Below, piece by piece: positions 22,079 through 35,000 of a DNA stretch of 64,000 bases; positions within the stretch are counted from its first letter, which is position 1, and each line of letters starts with the position of its first letter. The stretch is from Setoptus koraiensis (Eukaryota > Animalia > Arthropoda). The notes beneath the pieces were generated by a model. That model ran no database searches and was not told where the DNA came from. It saw nothing but the letters and a program-made list of their open reading frames with translations. A program made the position numbers and the translations under genes. The stretch lies in NCBI GenBank assembly GCA_048013815.1, contig CM106585.1, positions 17,484,001 to 17,548,000 of the forward strand, read 5' to 3'.

Positions 22079-22150
22079 TGCGTTAGCCGGGAATCGAACC
22101 CGGGTCCCGTGCGTGGCAGGCACGGATCTTAACCACTGGACCACCAACGC
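22079..22150 (-). tRNA. tRNA-Gly(GCC), copy 3 (identical to copy 1)
   Basis: Exact reverse complement of copy 1, with a downstream T5 on the minus strand. Confidence 0.95.
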
Positions 22151-24712
22151 GTCGCCTGACGGGAGTATGTGAGTGAAATCACGTATGTATCATGAAGATT
22201 ATTATTGGTGTGAGATTGCAAGTCAACCAAGTGACAGATGAACAAACTAGAAGTGACCGTAATTTGTTGCATCATATCATCATCGCTGGCGCGCTTTCAA
22301 AAGGGCAAGCGCGACATGTAGTTACGTAAGTTTTTTCATGAAAGTTTGCGTTAAATTAGTGGTAATGAAGAGGGCGAGAGAGTGTGTGAGAGAGGGAGCG
22401 AGGCAAGAATTATGATGAATACAAATGATGATGATTGTGAGATGAGATAATGATAATCGGATTGAAGACAGCGTTAACTATGTGCAAATTGAATGGCGTA
22501 GGCGGATATTAATTGGGGTGTGTTGAGATAGGTTTGTGTTTTGAACATGACCATTTGCGACAAGCTGAACAAGTTTGCACGAGACAAGTTTGCGCCAGGA
22601 CGCTGATGCGCTGATAGCTGATGATTGCGAATGAATGAGGCGTAGTTATGCTGGCGGTGATTATTATGCAGTGATAAACTATTTGTGATTATATCGCCAA
22701 CTGTGAGTCATATTGTATGTCATGTAATAAGCATAATGCGTATTATGTAACATGGTAATGTTCGGCGTAACGGAATAACGTGGCATAGTGTGGTGGTCAT
22801 GTTGTGTGCATGGGCGATAACTGACGGAATGGTGTTGAATAAAATGGAATAGAGGAGACAACCAAGTGGACAGACACATTGAATTATTGAGTGGACACCG
22901 TTACACAACTACAGTGCCGTACTTACAGACTGTAAGTTGCAGTAACAGCAACAGCAACAGCAACAGCGGTTATGTAAGGGGCCAGCGCGAGATGATAGAA
23001 ACGAGATTACGTGCGCCTATTTGCTGTAGTGTGTCATTTGTTTGTCTGTCCAGTGTTCAGTGTAGTAATAAATGGACCATATAAATATTATTATTATGCG
23101 AGCAATGAAGCGACAAAAATTGTTCGCTTGTGTCTTGTTATAATTTGATTACACATAATGAGTTTGAGCCAGCGTTGTGTTTGGGGCCATTGGTTGGGGC
23201 CATCATGACTCATGACACTTGCTCCAATGATTGCGGGCCAATGTGTTTATATCGGGTATGTACATATGTCATGATATAGCAAGTAAATCAAACTCGCAAC
23301 AACTTGTGAGAGTGATAAGTTGGTGTTGATGAGCGTATATACGCCAAAGAATAGTGTATTATCTCGATACTCATTGCATTATTCAGCAACATCAAGCCAG
23401 CAGTGGCCAGTGGCCAGTGGCCAGCAACGTAAATCGGCCAACAATAATCACTGTGTCAGGGCGACTTGTGGGCACTTGTTTAGGCTGACCATTCAAATGA
23501 GAGGCTCAAATGAATGTTAACTATCTATTTATATATTCACATGTGGCGCCGCCCATTGTCATTATATGCTGCTCAATAGGCTGTTACAATATGCTGCTGG
23601 CTCAATAATCATTCCGTTGTCTTTTTATTATTTGTTAGTTTGTTTAGTTTGTGTCGTAGTCGGCGGTAATTAGAGCACAACAGCACATAAGCATTAGCAA
23701 CGACGCTAATAGAATAGGCGTTGATGGTTGTTGGTTGTTGGTCGTTGGTTGTTGAACATGCTTGTTAGTTATATTATAGCCATAACAGCATACAGCACGT
23801 GCAAATCAAGCTAAACGGTTACATAACAGTGTCTACGGTGTAACAGTCACAATATGCACGCTGTTATTTGCCAGTTGGCTTATTTGCCCATTATATAATC
23901 TACTGTATGTACTGTATGATTATAACTGCCCCCCCCTCCTATTGTAACAAGCTTGTTAGGAATGGTAATGATGGGCGCGCTAGTTGTCATGGCCAATGTT
24001 CAATGTTGTTGAAAATTGAATTACTAGTGGTGCAACAACAATAAGTTATAATAAGTTAAATAATAAGCAGGCAACGAAAAACGGCGGATAATTGATTGAA
24101 ACGGTGCAAGTTAATGGATATTTGATATCCATCATCATTACAAGTATGCGGCCATATCGCTATCGCAGTTGTCGAGTTTGCATTGAATTGCAAGTTGAGG
24201 CTTGAAATAATTTGCAATAACACTTGGCAAGCAGCAAACTTTTGCCGTTTTCAGGCCAACAAAGTGGCTCACTTCAATTTCACAAGCGTCATACGATGAT
24301 GATTGTGACGACCATGATAATAGTCGTGATGATACATGTAATAATGATAGAGAGCGAAAGTAGAGCAACAACAATACACAGACACACACAAATCAAAACA
24401 AGCGATCAATCATGTTCATTGGTGCTCTCAAAAACACGCCAACACGTACACGTATTGAGACACGTATTGTGAGATACGTCCTGAGACGTGGCTGCCACAA
24501 CCATAGAGCCAACAAATATTGGCAGATACAAATAGTAATAGTATTACACGAATCATTAGTGGGATTATATGAAGTGTATTATATCATCATGAGCATCATA
24601 TAATACACAGATATAATACACAGAGCAAGAAAGTCATCATAAGTCACACACACACACACAATGAATAGGCACGAGTAGCATGTCGTGTCATTGTTGTTTG
24701 TTTGTCGTATGA

Positions 24713-24796
24713 TGTAACTTGCAACTAACAACTCACAACTTGCAACTCGCAACTCGCAACTCGCAACTTGCAACGTGCGACGTGCAACGTGCAACT
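24713..24796. repeat. 7-bp-unit tandem array (consensus YGCAACT, ~12 units)
   Basis: tgtaact tgcaact aacaact cacaact tgcaact cgcaact cgcaact cgcaact tgcaacg tgcgacg tgcaacg tgcaact. Confidence 0.9.
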
Positions 24797-26090
24797 TGAG
24801 TGCCCAATGATGAACAAGAAGAGTCAACTCTCTATGGTGCCTATAATACATACATATTACATAATATCGCGTGCATTGTTGTGAGCCAGACAACAAGAGA
24901 TGAAAATTCAACTAACAACATGTAGTGACAGTAAGTGATAGTAAGCCGACAACTGATACGACAACAAACGACGGCGACGACATTCTTTCGTTTCTATAAA
25001 ATTATGACATATCGTATCATATATCATCATCATGCGCGTTGCTTAGGCTCGAGTAGGCGTTTTGTAGTTGGTTACCGCAACTTTACAAGTTTACAGTCGT
25101 TGTCGTTGGCTGTCATCGTGGTCGCGGTTGGCGTTGCTGTTGCTGTTGTTGCAATAATATTTTTGCTCGCCGGGCCCCAACAAAATGTGCTATTATTGTC
25201 CATTACTGTCCATTTAGCAGCAGTGGCTAATGCTGCTTGAAGCAGCTCTCAGCAGAAGGCAAGAGTTTAGCAAATAGAGCGGAAGCAGCAACAACAACAA
25301 CAAACAAATTGCTTGTTACACTGGCAGTTATGTAATCCAATTGGCATGACCGGGATTACATTTATAATGATTACATTTGCTGGTGTTGTTACTGTAGCAA
25401 AAGTAATTGAATCTGGTGAACGCGTGTCTGCTGAACTGTTGTTGTCGTTGCTGTCGTTGTCGTCGTTGTTGTCGTTGTCGTCGTTGTCGATGTTGTTGTT
25501 GTTGCTGTCGTTGACTCGCAAGTCGGCGGTTGCAGCGCCAGCCTTCCACAATCAAGCTGAACAACTTTACCATTATCCACTTATAGCCAACCGGCGACTG
25601 GCAACTGGCGACTGGCCCATCAATGAGCCCACCAGTGACCGACCAAACGTCGAACAACAAACCAATACAATATGCCAACACCAAACCCAGTGCATCGTCG
25701 ATAAAATGAAAAATAAAATAAAAAAGCAAACAATAATAATAATAACAATAATGCCATTATTATTATTACGCAATTTATTGCGAGTTTTATATTAAATTGG
25801 CGCACAGTTGGCGCACGATGATTGGCACGCCACTAGCGCCAATCCATTTAGACAACTTGTCAGGATGTCAGCCATTTTGGGGGCCTCTCTCAAATGACAC
25901 AACGCGTTATTGTCACACCCACCCTGAGTGCACCTGTCCCGCGTCGGCGGCTTGTCATTGGCGTTGGTGCACATTGGCGATGCCGTTGTTGCAATTGGCC
26001 CGTTACAAACTTGTCAAGACAACTCGCTTCAATTTGCTCTATTCATCGCTGCCGCTTATCCGGCTCGCCGCGTTATACAACTCGCTCTCA

Positions 26091-26196
26091 AGTTGTCGAG
26101 CCATCGAGTTGTCGAGCTATCGAGTTGTCGAGCTATCGAGTTGTCGAGCTATCGAGTTATTGAGTCGTCGAGTTGTTGAGACGTCGAGTTGTTGAG
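26091..26196. repeat. 16-bp minisatellite (AGTTGTCGAGCTATCG, ~6.5 units)
   Basis: Units start at 26091, 26107, 26123, 26139, 26155, 26171 and 26187. Confidence 0.92.
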
Positions 26197-26756
26197 GGCT
26201 CTTCCGCGAGGTGTTCGCACGAGGCTCCGAGAAGCAAATCTGTCTGAATTTAAAATGAAAGTTTGCATTATGCAAACTGTGTCGGTGCTCGCTGGCTTGA
26301 CTTTGGCGCGCATCTCTCTGGCTAGGGTCGCTGATGCGGCCATAGGCAGCCTATAGCAGCAAGTCGGCATTTGTAAGTGGCGCTTGCAGTTATCGAGGCT
26401 ATTATATGTGTATTATATTGATGATATGGAAATGCTGGCATAAATTAGGTAACGCTGGCACCGGCGAGCACGAGCCTCCAAATGTGTGTGCGCAATGACA
26501 CGCTTGAGGGAGCCACCATTATGAGGATAAAGTGAATACGTTTTGCCATTGAATAAACTGTTGTCAGTAGACTACTGCCGCCGCTTCACTGTCACGATGG
26601 CGTGGATAATGGCGACCATGGTGACGATGATGACGACAAACCGATGATGCAACCGATGATGCAACCGATGATATAACTGTTATATCAGCTGATGCTGCTG
26701 ATATGACGGTGCAAGTGAGCGCGGGATTATGACTGGCACGTGATGAGCTGCGGCCA

Positions 26757-26827
26757 ACAAACAAACGAACAAACGAACAGACGAACAGACGAACAGACGA
26801 ACAAACGAACTGACGAACAAACGAAGG
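26757..26827. repeat. 8-bp-unit array (AACA[A/G]ACG)n
   Basis: aacaaacgaacaaacgaacagacgaacagacg... read directly. Confidence 0.85.
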
Positions 26828-26926
26828 GCCAGATTGGTGGGGGCCAAGAAAAGCATCGAAGCAGCTCAAGAGTGAGCCGACGAAGATTAAGTGTGTCACT
26901 TTCTGGGCTCCTTTTCGCCGGGCCCC

Positions 26927-26990
26927 AGTCGGCCTATTATCGAGTCGGCCTATTATCGAGTCGGCCTATTATCGAGTCGGCCTATTATCG
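26927..26990. repeat. 16-bp minisatellite (AGTCGGCCTATTATCG x4, perfect)
   Basis: Four exact copies at 26927, 26943, 26959 and 26975. Confidence 0.95.
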
Positions 26991-27475
26991 AGTGTGGCCT
27001 ATAGGCGATAATATAGTTGCTTATCAAGTAGCATCACGTGAAGCGTAATAACTATATTACGACGACAGCTCACAGTCTAACTAGTTTGTCGCTGTTGGCC
27101 ACTGCTCATCGCAACTGCACTCACGGCGGCATGAGTTGTCCAGTTGTAATTGCAATTGCCAACTAATGCGATTGATTCCAGCCAGCAGCCAACAGCCAAC
27201 AGCCAACAGTCAGCAGCCAGCAGTCAGCAGCAACGAATCGAGTGACAGCTCATTGAATTGCGTCCACTGTCCATCGAGTTTCGTGCCCAGCGAGCGCGGC
27301 CCCATCGTTTATAGGCCAAAGCTCAACTGTCCACTTTCATGCCTCTCATATCGGCCAGCCTCGGCTCGTTGCGAACCGTTATCGCTGGACTTATTATTTA
27401 TTATTGCAGTTTGCGGCCACTCACTGCCCTACAGCGCGCTATCCAATGCGCCCTCCCGAACAAGCTACATTCGAC

Positions 27476-27590
27476 GAGCTATTCAACGAGCTATTCAGTG
27501 AGCTATTCAGTGAGCTATTTAGCGAGCGGCTCACTCTGGCCAACTGGCCAACTGATCAACTGGCCAACTGACCAACTGGCCAACTGGCCG
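27476..27590. repeat. 12-bp array (GAGCTATTCAGT-like, ~4 units) followed by an 8-bp array (CTGGCCAA-like)
   Basis: Read directly at 27476-27521 and about 27536-27590. Confidence 0.85.
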
Positions 27591-29071
27591 AAAACTGGCG
27601 AAAAACCAGTGATATGAATGATGATCAAATGACCAAATCGAATGAACGAATTGGCCAATCGCATCACCATTGTCCAATGACCTGAGATTGATCTGTCATT
27701 AACTGTTGTGTCCACTTGTACGTGACATAGTGAGCCTATATTGTCAGCAGCTTGCCAGCAACAACAAACTCGCTGACCAGCTGACTGACTGAGATCCAGT
27801 CGTCAACTGGGGACCGACTAACGGCACGCTGGCCAACTACAAACTAGCGACCAACAATAAAAATGCCAACCGATTTGCATTGCAACCAGCAGCCATTTTC
27901 GTTGCTACTTGTTGTTCTGTTGTTGTGCCATCTCATCATAATCTCGTCATAGTCAGGCCGGCATAATCTCAACTCTGACACTTGTCATCTGATCACCTGA
28001 TCCGGATGCTCATCATTGTGAGTACAATGATGAGCATCATAATAGTACAATAATAATCAGCTGATCATCCGATTGTCATTTGTTGTCAGGTATGACGCGA
28101 TTGTGTTGAATGTGTTTATATGCGAACAGTTCACTACGTGCAATGATGTTGGCTCGGCACGCTTGCCATGGTGTCTATATCTGGAGCTCGTGCATTTGTT
28201 GCAACTTACGCTCTATGGTTTGTTTGCTTGTTGCACCAATTGCGGCTTTTTGTTGCAGTTTGTTGAAGTTTGCTTTTGGTTGGCACACGAGCTATAACGG
28301 AGTTAGCGTTGTCGTTAGCGGCCATCTTGCGAGTCCTAACAGCATGACACACAGTAAACGAGAGCAATGTTTAATCATTTAAAATTCAATGTAACGTGCA
28401 TCGTTTTGGCTCGCTCACAATCAGCTGGCATCCACTATTGACCAGTGCAGTGATTTAATGATCATCGCCATGATAATCATCATGGCCATAATGATCACAG
28501 GTAAATGATGAGCCTACACAAACTGTGCGCTTGGCCGCTTGAAGTGGCCAGCATTGGAGCGGCCAACATTGGGGCCCGAACGAACGAGCAAGACAGAGTT
28601 ATGGTCACACTGAAGCTTCGACCGTCAATGGCTGTGCAAGTGATTCATTTATAATGTTAACGAGCGCTTTAATTACTGACAACTATTGAAAGCTGTTGCG
28701 ACAAATCGAGAAGCGCCCCCTAACACACATGTATTGAGCTATCATTGGCTAACAAGTTAACATAATTACATTGTTGACATGACACCAACTGGCAGCAAAT
28801 AGTATCGCAATAGTTCTAGCAAATACTATCGCAATTATGGCGACCAGCACAAGTCGACATTCAGGGCGACCCGACGGGGCACCTCGTAACTGTTAGATAA
28901 CTGTTGGCCAGTGAGCCGAGCAGCCGGCCATCGAGCGACAGTTAACAATTGACAGTGGCATTGTTACGAGAGCAGCAATGTCATGTCATGTTATGTAATC
29001 ACACGAGTGTGTGTGTGTGTGTGTGTGATTGGCCCTCTAAAGTGGGTAGCCCCAACTGCAGTAAATTAACC

Positions 29072-29150
29072 GAGAGGCCGAACAGACTGAGAGGCCGAGC
29101 AAACTGAGAGGCCGAGCAAACTGAGAGGCCAAACAAACTGCGAGGCCGAG
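29072..29150. repeat. 17-bp minisatellite (GAGAGGCCGAGCAAACT, ~4.6 units)
   Basis: Units start at 29072, 29089, 29106, 29123 and 29140. Confidence 0.9.
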
Positions 29151-29248
29151 GAGAGAGAGAGCATATTAAACGGGTGTTGGATAATCGTCTAGTGGCGGTT
29201 TCGGCAACAACAGTTGTGAGTCGGGCAAGTTGAGCATGTGATAGCAGT

Positions 29249-29290
29249 CGCTGGTAACCGGCCGCTGGTAACCGGCCGCTGGTAACCAGT
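29249..29290. repeat. 14-bp array (CGCTGGTAACCGGC x3, last copy imperfect)
   Basis: Read directly. Confidence 0.9.
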
Positions 29291-30339
29291 GGTAGCGGCA
29301 TATGGCCCTCGGAGGTAGGTGAGTTATGAGTGGCTGACAAACAAACATTAATATTCCAGTCGAACGAGCGCTCGTTGTTGTCGTTGTTGTCGTTGTTGTG
29401 TCCACCTCTAATCTCTAATTGTATTACATCATCATTTACTTTTCTTTGCTACATCGACATGGGTATATCGACATGGGTACATCGACGGTTTGCATCGACA
29501 ATAGCGACGGTATCAGCGACTGTGTCGACGCGAGACACATCAATTGCTGGGTTAAGTTGTTGGCCGTTGTTAGTTTAACTAAAATTGACTGTGATAACAC
29601 AACCACCGCTGCTGCTTGTTTGTGTGTGTTTTGTGTGCATGACCTAATCGATTATCACGCAATATCGACAACAATAAAGCGATAGAGGTTAGTTAACATG
29701 ATGTTGTCGTCGTCGTCGTCGTCGTCGTCGTTTTACCTGATACTGATACATACGCCTAACATAACCGTTTGATTTAGGCCACCAGTTTTATTATTCATTT
29801 ATTATCCAGTTTACAACAGCTTTGGCCAGACGAGCGTTCAACACGACCAAGCAACAGCAGAGATGGACAGCATTTAACTGATTGGCTTCTAGTGTTACAT
29901 AATAACATTCGCTTATTGTTCGGGCGCCTCAGTAGCTTTGTCGGCCTCGTGTTTGCGGTGTTTTCAGCATTATCAACAAGCGACACACAACAAAATAGAG
30001 GAGAAGCCATACAGTTGGATATTTGTAGACTACAAATTGTAGCGCATGCACACCAATGCAAATGGATATGTTACATGGATATGCTAGAGATGCAATAGAT
30101 GGATATTCGCAGATATAGATGGATATAGATGAAGAAGAAAGGAAAAGAAAGCGCCCCACTGAATTATGATAGAAGGACCACAATGTGCGCATGCGTCCCG
30201 AAGTCAAGTACTCGCGCCTTATCGCGCCCCAATTGAGGCTTTTTGCTTTCTTTGTTGCTTGTTCGCTTGCTCGCCCGTTTGTTTGTTTGTTTGCTTGCTT
30301 GCTTGCTTGTTGTTTTGTTGCTTTGGCTCAAGTTGGTGT

Positions 30340-30376
30340 GTACGTGCAAGTACGTGCAAGTACGTGCAAGTACGTG
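30340..30376 (+). repeat. 10-bp array (TACGTGCAAG)n containing four TACGTG cores, ~325 bp upstream of the Hmx ATG
   Basis: TACGTG at 30341, 30351, 30361 and 30371. Confidence 0.9.
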
Positions 30377-30665
30377 TTGGCTGCGTGTTGTGTCGCTCAT
30401 CATTATCAATTTAGCTCAATGCAGTTGCACAACAATTACAGTTGCAACAGTGACAATTCGACAAACAATTTGCACACAATCAACAACAACCAACCCTGAA
30501 CACACAAACACACAAACACACAAACAAGCAAACACAAGCGAATAAGCCAACACTTGAAATAACTTGTTCATAGCGTCGCTATAGTTTGGTCTCTCTTGGT
30601 CTTTATATAGATTTAAATGAGAGTTTTATAGAGACAAGATTGATTCAAGTTATCTAATCATATAA

Positions 30666-32024
<1,359 letters not shown>

Positions 32025-35000
32025 TGATGCGAATGATTGCATTGTTGCATAATTGCAACGCTCGCTTCAATTTTATCTATTTTATCGGCAAGCAATTAAA
32101 GAAAGCCTATGAAAAGTTGGCGCCGCAAGTGAAACTAATTGAAACTCGTCTTGTTTGGCTCGTTGCGCTTGTAATGAGCACAACAAGTGTTTGCAATCAA
32201 CAATTATTAAATTATAGCATGATGACATAACAGGCACCTGTAAATAATACCCACCGGCTTGATCAGCGCAGATTGTGACGGCACAAATTGACGATGATAA
32301 ACGGCAACGAAAATGGGCCGCTGCCAACTGTAACTGGTTATGCCATAACTATGCTTGTCTGACCTTGTCAATTTTGTAAACTTGTATCGACCGTAGTCAT
32401 TGATATTAGTTAGAAATAAATTATCTCTTATTTATGTAGAGGCCCCATGAATGTTGAACAAGTGTGTTTCATTGATTAATGCTGTTTGCATGCGATAACA
32501 TTGGCGTATCACGCGCATGTTGGCGGCGCCTGATGTTTTGCAATTGTCAATTGAGCTCAGCTGGCAATTGGATTGGCGCCGGAAGCGACACGATCCGTTG
32601 TAACAAGTATCGGTTTTGTTGGGTGGTTGCATAATAGTCACGAGCAAGTCGTGTCTATTATAGTCTGTACCTATATGGAAGTGTGCTGCGTCACTGGAGG
32701 GCACCGTTTGTTTGGGCGGCCAATCATGGCCACTGGTGACAATGCATAACACGTGCACAAAGCAACCCAAACCGTGACCGAAAAGCACGCGCCAGTTATG
32801 TCATGTCATCGACATACAAACATAAGTGATACATCACACAATGGCCATTCCACTTTGATGTGTTTCCATGATGCAAGTGCATTATTGTTGCCAATAACTT
32901 GGGGGTCATGTCCGTTGTACATTTGTTTGTGAGAGATATAAATTTATATTTATAGACGCAGTCGTTTATTCATGCTCACTCCGATCAAATGCACGATAAT
33001 GGGGCCCGTTGTGCGGCTGGCACATGAGCGACAATCTTGCACGGGCTCGGACACTTTGCCGGTGCCCGTAGACGCGATTGGTGCCGTCAATTCAAATGAA
33101 CCTGTTTAAAAGTTGCGCAACAACAACAACTTTGCCACCCTGATCCCCTTATCGCGTTTATTTATCTATGATTGGGGACTTGTGCTGGTGCTGGCCCCAT
33201 GAATCGCACTCTCGGAACATGCATGCTTATCAAAGCTGATTACATAAGACGAAATAGTATGCTGTTTGGCGCTATCTGTTTTTTTATCGGCACACTTTCT
33301 ATTTCCATTTCCAGTTGGTCGTTTCTGGTGGCGCCTTTTGTCGGTCCCGCTGCCCGCTGCCCGTTGCCCGTTCTCCGTTGGCGGTGCTCGGTGCGGCTTG
33401 CGACGGGCAAACTATTATTAGTCATAAATTTTCATGTCGTGCCTCGCACTCTGTTCTGCTGGCTGATGCCGATAAGCAGATAAGATTGTTTAGGTGAGAT
33501 AATACAGTTAGTTGCAGTCGTGGCTTATGGGGCCACATTGTGTGTCCAATAGAAATGTGCAATGTAGGCCAGCAACTTGCGCCATCCGTTACATTGTATC
33601 TGGTCGAAACTATTGCACTTGCTCGCACTGTAAACACTGTTAATGATGCACCAATGTAATCCTGTTACCATTTAATAGCAGCTTCTTTGGGGCCCAATCA
33701 TGGCTGCGTGTTTACAAACGTGATTTGCACTAAATATCTAGATGCCAGAGATAACTAACCAATGCAAGTGGCAATTGTCACATGCTTGCATGGCACTTAC
33801 ACAATTGCTAGATGCCAGACAACACTTGTCAATGGTGCGCTGTGCCAATCTGACAAGTTCGCGAACTTGAAGTGTTCGCCAAGGTGAGAGAACAGCCATG
33901 CAAAACCACAAAAGAGCGTTAATTATCAATTATTCAACCAACAAATTGTGATCAACACAAACAAAACATCGCTCGAAAATAACAAGTGCCAATATAGGTC
34001 GGCCGCATCGTCAACGCATCAACATTGATCCACTCCTGTGGCGCGTGCAACCATAGCACGTGCACCATTCATAAATCGCTCGACACGTGCCAATGTTATA
34101 TATTGCAGGGCGTGTTACATATATTTTTATGTTGCCAAAATGTTTGTGAACAGTAATCATTTGTCTCTGTTGATGTTCGTTTCCGTTGATTTGTTTTTTC
34201 CAATTGTTTCACTTGTAAACAGGACAGGTAAATGCCATACCCGGCCGATAGAGGGCAAAAGGAAGCACGAAATGGCCTGTGCTACATTCATCTGTACATT
34301 ACAGATTTATTGCGGATACATTGCGAGAGCAATTGCTCGAGTAAGCAGCACAAGATTGTGCTTGATTGGTCGCCTTCATTGGGTGTCGCGCTCACATCCG
34401 GTGCGACAAACACAACAATGGAACAACTAAAGTCACGTCGTGACTTTGATTGATTGAAATCGAGTTATCATGTTTCTTTTCTCTGCGTAATTGACACACA
34501 AATTGACAATCGCTGCTACAGTGACTTCAACAGAACGACAACAGCGCCCCCATCGAACGGCTAATCGAATCGGCTGCTCGTGAGCTCACCACGACAATTA
34601 TCACCTGGCGGCGAAATTACAAACTACGGCTGGATAATTGAAGATATAATGCGTGTGCAGAATTGATAGAGAAGTAATTGGGTCTGGAGGGCCAACTATC
34701 TGGTGTAAGTATGGTCAATGAAATTATAGAGAGAGAGAGAGAGGGCAAAATGGTTTTTGATTGGACCAAATTGAATTGGCGTCCGTTGATTGGTTCTATG
34801 GGACGTGATTGCATCAACTGCCGCTGCAAATGATAATACTTTGTTTGTAGGGCTGTGTCACATTGGCAGCACAACAAACAAAGAGGCCCCAAATGGTCGC
34901 GTGGATCTGGCGCGTTTGAATCGAACGTGTCGAATCTGTTCGAAGCGACGCAAATCGAATCAGGGGGAGAGAGGGAGAGAGCCCAAGAGAGTTAATTGCA

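Noticed and set aside
26091-29290. Regularly repeated units resembling CRISPR arrays
   Set aside because: The units are head-to-tail with no unique spacers, the context is eukaryotic, and there are no cas genes.
22679-30545. Numerous 60-160-aa ORFs in the Hmx upstream desert (poly-L, poly-C, poly-T/Q, SSCRAIEL repeats)
   Set aside because: They are translations of microsatellites and minisatellites with no domain signal or consistent splice structure.
33611-33621. miR-92-like 5' sequence TATTGCACTTG
   Set aside because: The 3' half diverges and the flanks do not fold into a pre-miRNA hairpin.
34200-34235. Possible 5-nt micro-exon (CAG|GACAG|GTAAAT)
   Set aside because: No host transcript can be identified on the + strand from sequence alone.
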